Shown here: piece by piece, positions 38,878 through 48,025 of the stretch | Position numbering within the stretch: the first letter of the stretch is position 1 | How the letters are laid out: each line of letters opens with the position of its first letter | Source: a virus | Strand: one strand, 5' to 3' | Length of the DNA stretch: 64,000 nt | IMG/VR virus record: IMGVR_UViG_3300030406_003049 | Coordinates: 1 to 64,000 of that record | Made by a program: the position numbers and the translations under genes | Notes under the pieces: generated by a model | The model's database searches: none | Seen by the model: only the letters and a program-made list of their open reading frames with translations | Told to the model about the DNA's origin: nothing

Positions 38878-40406
38878 ACAAGTGCCTCCACATCTTCTAT
38901 CGTATTTATATCCGCCACAAACTTATCATGTCTTATTCTTTTACATCGTGGGAATCTTAGCCCATAATTGCCTTTAGCATCTTGGCTAACTAAGTCTGCT
39001 GATACTTCTAAAACAACTCTAGGCAATAAGTTATATGTGCCGTTATCATAAGTTTCAACATTCTTTCTAAGTTCATTTGTTAGCCAAACTAAATCAGCAT
39101 CACTAAAACCTGTTCCAATAGAACCGATTGATTTGAAGCCACTATCGCTCTTTACAGAAATACCAAAAGTTCCGAATACATTTGCTCTTGAGCCTTCGCC
39201 ATATTTAGCAGTAGTAATGGCCACATCTAATTCAATGCGAGGAGGCTTGTATTTAGCCCACCCTGCGCTTCTTTTACCTGCCTCATAGGGTAAACTAGTA
39301 TCTTTGACAATAATGCCCTCAAAACCATCGTTAATTGCTCTATTATAGAATGCTAGAACATCACCGCCCTCTTCCATTCTATGTGCTTGGTCGGGCAGTT
39401 GTGAAAATTTAGCCAATCTTTCAGCGTAAGGTAAGTCCATTATAGTTTCATCACCAAACTTAAGACAATCAAATATAACCCACTTGACTTTAACTTTCTG
39501 TAGTGCTTCTTCATGGTCTTTAGAATGAACTCTTGTTCCCATTAGTTTATGTTCAGCAGGTGAACCATCATCTTTAATTGGGTATATTTCACCATCAAGA
39601 ATACAATCTACTTCATATTGTCTAACTGTTTCTACAACATCTTGAAATTGAGGAGTAGCGATATTACCTTTACGATTAAAGATAATTACACTATCTCCTT
39701 GTTTGTGTATTTGGTATCTATTGCCGTCATATTTGTAATCAACAATTTTATCTTTAGGCCATTTATTCATAGGAACTTCTTTTGCTAACATTGGTTTTAC
39801 AAAAGAGCCATGAGATAATTTCATAGGCGGTTCTTCTTTCATTTCATAATATACACAAAGATTACCTAAACTGTTGAAGTTAGCATGTTTCTTTACTTCA
39901 CTAATTTTCTTGTCGTAGTGTTTTGCTAATATCTTTTTAACGACTCCGCTATCAATGCCGTTTGTTGGTGAACCTAACCAGTATCTAACAAACCATTTTC
40001 TTTCTAAGGCTGACATTTTTAATAAAACATCTTGCACTAAAAGGAAAGAGGCATCGTTTACAGAACCACAAGCGTTCTCTAAAACTCTTAGAACAGAAAC
40101 GATACCTATGTTTCTTTGAGTTTCTGCCCCTGTATCTAGTAAATATATTGCTTCTCCTAATTCTCCATCTATTGCATACAAGGTTTCTATTTCATCGTCA
40201 AAGCAATTAAAAATCTTAGTTAGCCAAGACTTAGCCTTTGCTAAACCAATATTATTACTAGGGTATTCTCTAGCCAAAATCTGTATTGCTACGCTTTTAC
40301 TAGAAGTAAACTTATCTAGTTCTGTTGCTATTAATTTTACTTGTTCCGTTGGTGTCTTTCCTTTCGTGGATTCTAACAATCGGCTCATCATTTTCCAATC
40401 TATCAT
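38874..40406 (-). CDS. lig: ATP-dependent DNA ligase
   Basis: 'KPMLA', 'KYDGNR', 'LDGE', 'EGIIVK', 'WAKYK', 'LRFPR'. Confidence 0.96.
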   Translation of the reverse strand: MIDWKMMSRLLESTKGKTPTEQVKLIATELDKFTSSKSVAIQILAREYPSNNIGLAKAKSWLTKIFNCFDDEIETLYAIDGELGEAIYLLDTGAETQRNIGIVSVLRVLENACGSVNDASFLLVQDVLLKMSALERKWFVRYWLGSPTNGIDSGVVKKILAKHYDKKISEVKKHANFNSLGNLCVYYEMKEEPPMKLSHGSFVKPMLAKEVPMNKWPKDKIVDYKYDGNRYQIHKQGDSVIIFNRKGNIATPQFQDVVETVRQYEVDCILDGEIYPIKDDGSPAEHKLMGTRVHSKDHEEALQKVKVKWVIFDCLKFGDETIMDLPYAERLAKFSQLPDQAHRMEEGGDVLAFYNRAINDGFEGIIVKDTSLPYEAGKRSAGWAKYKPPRIELDVAITTAKYGEGSRANVFGTFGISVKSDSGFKSIGSIGTGFSDADLVWLTNELRKNVETYDNGTYNLLPRVVLEVSADLVSQDAKGNYGLRFPRCKRIRHDKFVADINTIEDVEALV

Positions 40407-40548
40407 CTATAATCATCTCCATATTTGTATTTATTTTGTAAACTAATTCTTTTAGAAGGTCGCTTATTTTACCTTCATGCTTTTCGGCATATGTCCACAT
40501 AGCATTTGCTAAGTATATCCATTCATTCTTCTTCATCATCTTCACCAC
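40312..40548 (-). CDS. Hypothetical protein
   Basis: ORF overlapping the ligase start. Confidence 0.5.
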   Translation of the reverse strand: MVKMMKKNEWIYLANAMWTYAEKHEGKISDLLKELVYKINTNMEMIIDDRLENDEPIVRIHERKDTNGTSKINSNRTR

Positions 40549-40879
40549 TATTGATAACTCCCATTATTCTAGTAAAGTTAATCATAATGGCGTTCATTAC
40601 TTGAACTTCATCTAACTTATCTAACTCAACTAACTTATTAGTCATAGAAACTAGAGTTCCTTGAACAATAGGTGGGGCTAAAGTGGCTAGTTTAGTGTCT
40701 GTTTGTATCTCCCAATACATAACAAAAGACGCTCTTGTAAATTCATTAGCCTTTTTTATTTGAGAAAAGTCTGCTTCAAAGTGTTCTAACAATCTTTCGT
40801 TAGGTAGTTTCTTTCTAATGGCTTTACCCCATTCATCTAACTTTTTATTATTCCGCCAAATTCTAACATACTTGAGCAT
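40523..40879 (-). CDS. Hypothetical protein
   Basis: Coupled ORF with GGAG RBS. Confidence 0.65.
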   Translation of the reverse strand: MLKYVRIWRNNKKLDEWGKAIRKKLPNERLLEHFEADFSQIKKANEFTRASFVMYWEIQTDTKLATLAPPIVQGTLVSMTNKLVELDKLDEVQVMNAIMINFTRIMGVINSGEDDEEE

Positions 40880-41145
40880 TATTCTTCCTCTCCTATGAAG
40901 TGTCTTAATACTGGTTGTTTCTGTAAAACAACTGCATTAGCGAATACATTGAAAGCATCAATAATATCTTGCGGCTGAACTCTTTTAGTCCCAACCGCAT
41001 TATTTTCAATTTCAAGCAATAAGTAATTCATCATATTATTAAGAGAAACTCTAAGTTGTTCTAAACAACCATTAGACCATTCTCTTTTAGGATTAAATCT
41101 TTTCATTAAGGCTTTAATTTTTACATCTGTTATTATTTTACTCAT
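40879..41145 (-). CDS. Histone-fold protein (archaeal histone-like)
   Basis: Three-helix layout 'IKALMKR...WSNGCLEQL...KRVQPQDII' matches the HMf/HMt pattern (RKTxxxxDI). Confidence 0.6.
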   Translation of the reverse strand: MSKIITDVKIKALMKRFNPKREWSNGCLEQLRVSLNNMMNYLLLEIENNAVGTKRVQPQDIIDAFNVFANAVVLQKQPVLRHFIGEEE

Positions 41146-41242
41146 TGATTAATCAACTCCAATATTACTTCTAGTGTTCCATCTCTATATTCTATGCAAA
41201 GGAAAGGTAGTGCCTCTCCGTGTCTTGTTTGTATAATTTCAT

Positions 41243-41440
41243 TCATTCTAATTCCCTCTCTAGTATTTTTAATAATAATTTAGCCTCCTCAACATTCAAG
41301 CGAATGCCTTTTCTTGATGGTTTGTCATTGACATACCACCGAACATCAAAGACTTCAATGTTCCAATAATTTCCACGCTTAACTAATATTTCTTCTGTTG
41401 CGTTTCGGGCTATTGTTCCCTTTGTTTCTAAATCGCTCAA
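41243..41440 (-). CDS. PC4/YdbC-like ssDNA-binding protein
   Basis: 'FDVRWY...KPSRKGIRL..EE' PC4 signature. Confidence 0.8.
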   Translation of the reverse strand: MSDLETKGTIARNATEEILVKRGNYWNIEVFDVRWYVNDKPSRKGIRLNVEEAKLLLKILERELE

Positions 41441-41835
41441 CTAATCCACCCCTCTTTGAATTTCTTTATTTCTTTTAGACTACTGAAATATCTAGGAGTT
41501 TCTAGTTCATCTAATCTATTTACTACCCAACAAGCACCACCTAAAGATGATATTTGCACTATCTCATATTGACCCTCATTGACTTCAACTACTTCTTTAG
41601 TTCCTATCTCCGGCACTAAACCATACATTCTAGTTAGTTCTTGGGAAACATCTTGCATGTTCTCCATAACATATTTGATAATGTGCGCTCTTTGTATTGG
41701 TATCTTTGGTGCAACATCTATCTTTAGATTACCAGTCATATTACAGACTACACATTTATTTCCTTTACAAATAGGACACTGAATCTGTGCTTTATGCGGT
41801 GCGGGTAAATTAACTGTTATTGCTCTTTTCTTCAT
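41437..41835 (-). CDS. Zn-finger hypothetical protein
   Basis: CPICKGNKCVVCNMTG. Confidence 0.65.
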   Translation of the reverse strand: MKKRAITVNLPAPHKAQIQCPICKGNKCVVCNMTGNLKIDVAPKIPIQRAHIIKYVMENMQDVSQELTRMYGLVPEIGTKEVVEVNEGQYEIVQISSLGGACWVVNRLDELETPRYFSSLKEIKKFKEGWIS

Positions 41836-41923
41836 TTCTCCCCACCTTCCAAACATACCTTACACATACCGAACCTTCTAGCATAATACTTAGTCATATC
41901 TCTCCAACAATTAGGACATTTAA

Positions 41924-42580
41924 TCATTTATCATCACCCTTTACATATTTATACCCTAACTTATCCATCAGTTCGGGCGACAAAAAATGTTCGGGCATGG
42001 CTCTTTGTTTTCCATGAGTAGGGTCGTTTACTATTCTTTCAGTAAGAGCAATAACATAGTTTTTTTCTTCCGGTGTTTTAGCCTCATCTAAACTTTTAGC
42101 AAGAAAATTTCGTGTATCTTCATGTGCTATTTCTGTATTAGGCACTATATGTTGGTGTTTGTAGCCAAAGTCTAATTCATAATCTTCGGGATAAACCCAT
42201 AAATGAAATTGATTGCATGTATCTACTAGTTTACTCATAGGAGGAAAAACCTCTACTGCCGTTCTTTCTTCACCGCATATTTCATTTTTCATCATTTGCA
42301 TATCCCTCCAATCGTGGGCAGTATGGGTATTTCTAACATTTCTAAAACATAACCATGTAAACTTGTTATTTGGGAATTGATGAGCAGGATTATTCGGATA
42401 ATATACCTTAACGATATATTCATCATTACGCCAATACTCATCATATTCTAAACTGCTTACATCAACATCGGGGAAATATTCGCTTGTTAGTTCAAATCTA
42501 ACCAAAGGAGTCCAAGCATTCTTTTTAGATTTCTTAGGTTTTTTAGATTTCCTTTGTTTCTTGAAACTATTATATTTCAT
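41924..42580 (-). CDS. Conserved phage hypothetical protein
   Basis: 'HDWRDMQ..KN..CGEE..AVEVFP....LVD..N..HLW' motif seen in many phage proteins. Confidence 0.7.
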   Translation of the reverse strand: MKYNSFKKQRKSKKPKKSKKNAWTPLVRFELTSEYFPDVDVSSLEYDEYWRNDEYIVKVYYPNNPAHQFPNNKFTWLCFRNVRNTHTAHDWRDMQMMKNEICGEERTAVEVFPPMSKLVDTCNQFHLWVYPEDYELDFGYKHQHIVPNTEIAHEDTRNFLAKSLDEAKTPEEKNYVIALTERIVNDPTHGKQRAMPEHFLSPELMDKLGYKYVKGDDK

Positions 42581-42809
42581 AATGGTTGTCCTCCACCAAA
42601 TGATAGTAGTGTCTTGCTAACTTTGCTTTGAAGGTTTTGTTGTTTCCTGCCTTTATTATATGATATACTTGTCTTTCATTAAGTCTAACTATTGGGTCTA
42701 TTTCCATTTCTCCGATTTTTAAGAGCAGTTCTAAATTACATTTTTTAAACCAATATTTAATTTTAAAATCCACTATATCTTTTTTCTTAAATGTTATTTC
42801 CTTTTCCAT
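42570..42809 (-). CDS. Hypothetical protein
   Basis: GGAGG RBS; coupled ORF. Confidence 0.6.
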   Translation of the reverse strand: MEKEITFKKKDIVDFKIKYWFKKCNLELLLKIGEMEIDPIVRLNERQVYHIIKAGNNKTFKAKLARHYYHLVEDNHYEI

Positions 42810-42811
42810 AT

Positions 42812-44329
42812 TTATTCCTCCGGTAATAATACTGCTACATCAGTAGAATAGAACAATTGTGCGATAGACATAGCCGCCAAGAAACTATTTTTGGCTACTT
42901 TAACAGGGTCAAAAACTCCTGCCGTTCTTAGGTTTTGGGTGCTACCAGTTAGAGCATTAAAGCCCATGTCTTTCTTACCAAAAGAAACAGAAGGGTTATC
43001 TATTCCACTGTTTCTTTGTAAGACTTTCATTGGTTCTTGCATGGCTAACTCAAACCACTTAGAACGCTTTTTGTCCATGTCCTTTATTGCTAACTTAGCG
43101 GCCTTTGCTAGAGTCAATCCACCACCAACAATAATACCTTCTTCTAATGCGGCCTTTGTAGCATTAAGAGCGTCGTCTAATCTTTCTTTCTTTTCTCTCA
43201 TTTCAATAGATGAAGAAGCACCAACCTTAATTGTAGCAACGCCACCACTAAGTCTTGCTATTCTTCTCTTGAGTCTAAGTTTATCATACTCGTCTTGGGA
43301 ATCTTCAAGTGTTCCTTTTAGTGTAGTTATTCTATTTTCTGTTAGTGGTCTATTACCTCCAACAAAGATTGTTTTATCTTTAGTAATAGTAATGCTATCA
43401 CAAGTCCCAAAGGTATGTGCGTGTAGTTGCTTAGGGTCGTCTTTGCTTTCATCTGTATAGACTGTTCCGCCAACAACTCCTGCAATATCAGCCAACTCAT
43501 CTAATTGAGCATCACCAAAGTTAGGTGCGGTAATTACTGCAACTTCTATTGTCTTTTGTAAAAGATTCATAACTACATTGTTCATAGCATTACCTTCCAT
43601 TCCTTTACAGAATATAACTAACGGTTGTTTATTATTAGCCGCATGTTCCATCATAGGTAATATTTCACTAAAGTTTCTTATCGCTAAGTTAGATAAGAAA
43701 ATCAGTGGACTATCAAATGTGCATTTACCATCTTCACTATTAGCCATTAAATGACTCATATAACCTTCATCAATCTCTAATCCTTTTCTTACCACAATTT
43801 CAGTGTTATGTGTTTTAGATTCTTCAACAGTAATAATACCATCACGCCCAACTTTATCAATTGCTTCTGCAATTAAAGAACCCAAATGAGAATCATTATT
43901 GGCCGCTATTGTGGCGATATTTTCAATATCAGTATCTTTAACTTTTTGCGATGCTTGGTCTAAATGAAAAATAGTGGCCATTTTTAATCTATCAATCAAA
44001 TTATTAAATTGATGAGCATTCATTTCCGGTGCATCTAACATATTATGACATAATGCTTGAGCAAGAATACAAGCAGTAGTAGTTCCATCACCGCTACCTT
44101 CTTGTGCCTTACTTGCTAAGTTTTGAACTAATTGTATTCCCATTTGAACATAGGGGTCTTCATCACTAATATATTTTGTAATTGTGACTCCATCATTAAT
44201 TACAACAGGTGGATTACCTTGTAATATAACTGTCTTGGCTTGTGGGCCAAGTGTGGGTTTTACTGTATTAGCAACAATGTCTATTCCTTTCAATAGTTTT
44301 TCCTTTACTTCTTTTCCGTGTATAATCAT
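42812..44329 (-). CDS. groEL: Group I chaperonin GroEL
   Basis: 'TLGP', 'NDGVTI', 'GDGTTTA', 'APNFGD', 'RIARLSGGVA', 'DDALNATKAA', 'DPVKV'. Confidence 0.97.
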   Translation of the reverse strand: MIIHGKEVKEKLLKGIDIVANTVKPTLGPQAKTVILQGNPPVVINDGVTITKYISDEDPYVQMGIQLVQNLASKAQEGSGDGTTTACILAQALCHNMLDAPEMNAHQFNNLIDRLKMATIFHLDQASQKVKDTDIENIATIAANNDSHLGSLIAEAIDKVGRDGIITVEESKTHNTEIVVRKGLEIDEGYMSHLMANSEDGKCTFDSPLIFLSNLAIRNFSEILPMMEHAANNKQPLVIFCKGMEGNAMNNVVMNLLQKTIEVAVITAPNFGDAQLDELADIAGVVGGTVYTDESKDDPKQLHAHTFGTCDSITITKDKTIFVGGNRPLTENRITTLKGTLEDSQDEYDKLRLKRRIARLSGGVATIKVGASSSIEMREKKERLDDALNATKAALEEGIIVGGGLTLAKAAKLAIKDMDKKRSKWFELAMQEPMKVLQRNSGIDNPSVSFGKKDMGFNALTGSTQNLRTAGVFDPVKVAKNSFLAAMSIAQLFYSTDVAVLLPEE

Positions 44330-44331
44330 TT

Positions 44332-44514
44332 TTATTCCTCCGATTCGCTATCAAATCTGTGTAGAGTCTCCATAGCCTCCATTATATGTATGTGAGCATG
44401 TATGAGGTCAGCAAGGTCTTCAGCCTCACTATCGCTTAGTTTATTTTCATCAACACCACTAACTCTATTCCAAAGTTCTATTTCAATCGGCCTTAGTATT
44501 TTTGTAAAATTCAC
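44332..44514 (-). CDS. Hypothetical protein
   Basis: Coupled ORF between groES and groEL. Confidence 0.55.
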   Translation of the reverse strand: MNFTKILRPIEIELWNRVSGVDENKLSDSEAEDLADLIHAHIHIMEAMETLHRFDSESEE

Positions 44515-44723
44515 ACTTCCACCGCCATTATATCATCATAGTGGACTACAATAAAATCCTCCACCTTAACATAATCTTTTCTTCCATTAAAGTGAACTAT
44601 TTTATCTTTCAATTCCTTAAAGCGACTACTATGGACTCTACCTTTACTGTTATTCTTAGATACAATATGGCCGTGTTTCTCGTCCATTAATTCAACCAAT
44701 ACCCAATCTCCTACTGCTTTCAT
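44511..44723 (-). CDS. groES: Minimal GroES-like co-chaperonin
   Basis: 'KAVGDWVLVE' ... 'DDIMAV' correspond to GroES 'RPLxDRVxV...DILA'; near groEL. Confidence 0.75.
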   Translation of the reverse strand: MKAVGDWVLVELMDEKHGHIVSKNNSKGRVHSSRFKELKDKIVHFNGRKDYVKVEDFIVVHYDDIMAVEV

Positions 44724-44853
44724 TATTCTTCACCATACCATTCTTTTTTATTTACTTCTTTTACTCCGTCATATTCATTACAAGTAGAACAAGACCAATA
44801 ACCTAAATCATCGTCTGCTTCTCCTTCACAATAAACACAAATCATAATTGTTG

Positions 44854-45372
44854 TCATTCTTCCTCGCCTCTATATTGTCTTTGCTCCATAGTAGAAACTA
44901 CTCCGTTTTCATCTACATATCTAATTGTTAATAAATTAGGCTCGGTATTATTCCAATAACCATAATGTTCTACACCGCCTAATACATAGGCTTCGTGCAT
45001 TAATCCATTCCATGTATTAACTGTCTTCCAATCAACACCACTAAAGTAAGCACTGCCGAATGGGTGTGTATGAATCCAACACTTGATAGGTAATTTCATG
45101 CCGATAGGGGGCTTCATACCAAACTCAACATAGCCCGAAGAACCTGTAGTGGTATGACAATTATTATCACCATCAATAACTACTTGCACTTCTAAAGCGG
45201 GTAGTATTACAGTTGAAGCATACCAAATAGCCTCAAAAAAACCTAATGCTTCAACATCTTGTTCACAATCCCATGCTTCTTTTATGTGTAGTTCTGCACT
45301 TTTTCTAGCATCTTCAATGCTTGACTCATATTCAACCATGTTTTCAAAATCTCTTATTGATTTACCATCGCC
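44854..45372 (-). CDS. JAB/MPN+ (JAMM) metallo-isopeptidase
   Basis: Catalytic 'EVQV' plus 'WIHTHP....FSGVD' (HxH-x7-SxxD). Confidence 0.9.
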   Translation of the reverse strand, partial: GDGKSIRDFENMVEYESSIEDARKSAELHIKEAWDCEQDVEALGFFEAIWYASTVILPALEVQVVIDGDNNCHTTTGSSGYVEFGMKPPIGMKLPIKCWIHTHPFGSAYFSGVDWKTVNTWNGLMHEAYVLGGVEHYGYWNNTEPNLLTIRYVDENGVVSTMEQRQYRGEEE

Positions 45373-45595
45373 CATTATCAACCATCTCCACATAATCATA
45401 GTAAGCCTTCATAAATTTGTTAAATTCTTGCTTAGATACTTCTTGAATAATAACTCCACCGGAAGTATATACTTTCAGTTCAATTATATCATATGTGCTA
45501 TTATTCCAACTAATGTGCTGAATATTCTTATATCTAACACATGCTCTTCTCGTTTGTAAAACTCTTCTTAATACTGTTATATTTTCTCTTTCCAT
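45362..45595 (-). CDS. Hypothetical protein
   Basis: GGAGG RBS; coupled ORF. Confidence 0.55.
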   Translation of the reverse strand: MERENITVLRRVLQTRRACVRYKNIQHISWNNSTYDIIELKVYTSGGVIIQEVSKQEFNKFMKAYYDYVEMVDNGRW

Positions 45596-45756
45596 TTTTA
45601 TTCCTCCACTCTAATTTGTTCCATCACAAGGTCTGCATTTTCAACAATAAATTGTAAAATTACACTATGCAAATCCCTGTGCATTAAATCGTCTACATCT
45701 AGTTCCATGTTTATTTCTCCGTCTAACATTAATTTTATTTCTATCATTTTTATCCC

Positions 45757-46314
45757 TCATACATTTATAATAGCGAATGAATTTACTCCATCACCGCTAA
45801 ACCATCTTTGAATCCATTGTGCGCCCATAGCCGCAATAGCCATGTGCATGAAATGTATTCCTTCTTGTGAACCGTCCCAAGATTCTCCTTGACAACTATA
45901 TGACCCATCTTTACCCGCTAGTAAACTATCATACATTGATGGGTCGGCCTCATAAGAAACATAGGCCGCATTTCTACCTTGAGAACGCAAGTCTAACCAC
46001 TTTATATTTGAGTTGTAAAGCATTCTTCTAGTGCTTAAGTTATCAACACAACAAACTACTAGGTCAAAGCCTTCAAGTTGTTGTGGTGTTAAGATAGGAT
46101 ATGGGCTAGAAATGCTTACACACTTATGTTTACCCATAGCCACAGACTTATTTTTTCCAACTTCTTCTTCACTAAAGTTTTGATATGTTAGATTCTTTGT
46201 TTCTACTTTATCATCATCATTCACTTGTATTTCATACAAGTCTAAATTATCTAAGAATGAAATAAGATAACTTCCTATTCCACCTGCTCCAATTACTAAT
46301 ATTTTTCTTTTCAT
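45757..46314 (-). CDS. ThiF/MoeB/E1-like activating enzyme
   Basis: 'GAGGIGS', 'DDDKVETKNLTYQ', 'VDN', candidate catalytic Cys 'YSCQ'; no CxxC Zn site. Confidence 0.92.
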   Translation of the reverse strand: MKRKILVIGAGGIGSYLISFLDNLDLYEIQVNDDDKVETKNLTYQNFSEEEVGKNKSVAMGKHKCVSISSPYPILTPQQLEGFDLVVCCVDNLSTRRMLYNSNIKWLDLRSQGRNAAYVSYEADPSMYDSLLAGKDGSYSCQGESWDGSQEGIHFMHMAIAAMGAQWIQRWFSGDGVNSFAIINV

Positions 46315-46520
46315 ATTTGTTCACTTCTCCATTCTAAAATTTCTTTGCATGACATTGTTGCTTCCGCAACTTGTCGTGCAAAAATCTTGTCCATTACTCT
46401 TTTACAAGCACTAACTTTCCTATTCAACTTTACAGAAATTTCTTCATATGTCATATCTGTATTTACAACCATGTCATATAGTTCATCAAATTCTTCACTA
46501 CTCCATCTTCCTCTTTTCAT
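46311..46520 (-). CDS. Myb/HTH-like DNA-binding protein
   Basis: 'GRWSSEE...TYEEISVKLNRKVSAC'. Confidence 0.65.
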   Translation of the reverse strand: MKRGRWSSEEFDELYDMVVNTDMTYEEISVKLNRKVSACKRVMDKIFARQVAEATMSCKEILEWRSEQI

Positions 46521-46650
46521 TTTTATTCCTCCTAATATTTTCTACTTTGTTCATTATAGCCACAATCTTTACATTGGACTCCTTCATAATTTTCTGTTTC
46601 CCATTCAAACATTGTTCCATTACATCTAGGACACATATATTGTCTCATAT

Positions 46651-46860
46651 TCACACTTCCTCAAAAGTCATGTTAAAACCTTCATGGCCTAAAATTGCTT
46701 TTACATCAAAATTATCTATTAATTTAATGTCATTCATACTTACATTATCTTGTAAGAACTGAATTATTTTTTCAACCATCGTTCCCTTTTTCATTTCATC
46801 TAAGACATAGAGTTCACCGTCTACATCAAAGGTTATATTCCATATTGTTATATTCTTCAT
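46651..46860 (-). CDS. Hypothetical protein
   Basis: GGAGG RBS. Confidence 0.55.
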   Translation of the reverse strand: MKNITIWNITFDVDGELYVLDEMKKGTMVEKIIQFLQDNVSMNDIKLIDNFDVKAILGHEGFNMTFEEV

Positions 46861-46863
46861 TTT

Positions 46864-47172
46864 TCATTCCTCCTCTCTTTTTTCTTTTTCTACTTTCTTT
46901 AAATCTTTACCGTGATATTTACTCCACGCCCTCACAAATGAAGACATGATTATCGCTTCTGCTTTACCTTCGGCAAATAACTTAGGGTGTTCAAGACCCC
47001 TTCTTTTTGTTTCATCTATTACATTAAACATTAGATACATTGATTTATTCAACCAACTTCTTATTTTGAAAGTTAGTCTATGAAGTTCCCTATCACTAAT
47101 CCTAGTGATGGGTGTTTGTATTCCATCTTTATCTGTTATCACATACGCATAAGTTAATATATTATCTTCCAT
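46864..47172 (-). CDS. Hypothetical protein
   Basis: Coupled ORF. Confidence 0.6.
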   Translation of the reverse strand: MEDNILTYAYVITDKDGIQTPITRISDRELHRLTFKIRSWLNKSMYLMFNVIDETKRRGLEHPKLFAEGKAEAIIMSSFVRAWSKYHGKDLKKVEKEKREEE

Positions 47173-47173
47173 T

Positions 47174-48025
47174 TTAATTTCTCCTTATTTCATTTATCTG
47201 TTTACCTCTCAATTGAGAGCATTGTTCATAACCAATCAAAGCCAACAGTTTCTTTGTGGTTAGTTTTATGTTAGAAGTGGCTACATTCGCCCTTTCTGCA
47301 ATCTCTTTCTGTTTTATTGGGTGCAAAAACATATTTGCGGCAATCCAACAAATGCTAGAATAGTAGACTGTTCCTTTAACACAATCAGTTTCTTGGGTTA
47401 AAGTTTCAAACACTTCTAAAACATCTTGACACTTTGAAGCATAATTCAAATCATCTGTAATCTTAGAAGTTATTTGTTTCAACATATAATTAGGGTCTGT
47501 CTTAACTTTGGTGTTGGTATTGTAGTATTTGTTTATTCTTTTAATTGCCCTGTTCAATGTCCTAGTATTACAAGAAAATTCCTGCCTTAATTGCTTTAAA
47601 GGAATAGGTGTCCTATTTTCTTTTAGAACATAATAAACTACCGCAGTTGCTTTTTCTTCAATTCCTAAAGTAGTTAGAACATTTTTTCTATACAAATCAG
47701 TATAGCATTCTTCAACTCTACTAGATAATGGGTGTCTAGGCATAAGTGTTGATAACAACATATTACACATTCTAAGCCCATTATCTAAATGAGTAGTGTT
47801 GCTTGCTATCCACTTGACACTTTTCTTATTTGAATCAACATGACTTCCTAATTTTTTCTTACCGCCATAATCCGGTGTGTGAACAAACTCTCCGCTTTTA
47901 TCAACGGCTCTAACTGTTTGTTCAAACAATTCTGTTATTGCTATCAGCCCACAATCTACACAAGATAGTTCGCCTAAATTATCATTCATTTCAAAATTAT
48001 TTCCTTCGCATTCAAGACACTTCAT
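47174..48025 (-). CDS. tfb: Transcription initiation factor B (TFB/TFIIB-like)
   Basis: N-terminal Zn ribbon 'CLEC...GELSCVDCGLI', two cyclin-like repeats, C-terminal HTH 'QKEIAERANV'. Confidence 0.85.
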   Translation of the reverse strand: MKCLECEGNNFEMNDNLGELSCVDCGLIAITELFEQTVRAVDKSGEFVHTPDYGGKKKLGSHVDSNKKSVKWIASNTTHLDNGLRMCNMLLSTLMPRHPLSSRVEECYTDLYRKNVLTTLGIEEKATAVVYYVLKENRTPIPLKQLRQEFSCNTRTLNRAIKRINKYYNTNTKVKTDPNYMLKQITSKITDDLNYASKCQDVLEVFETLTQETDCVKGTVYYSSICWIAANMFLHPIKQKEIAERANVATSNIKLTTKKLLALIGYEQCSQLRGKQINEIRRN

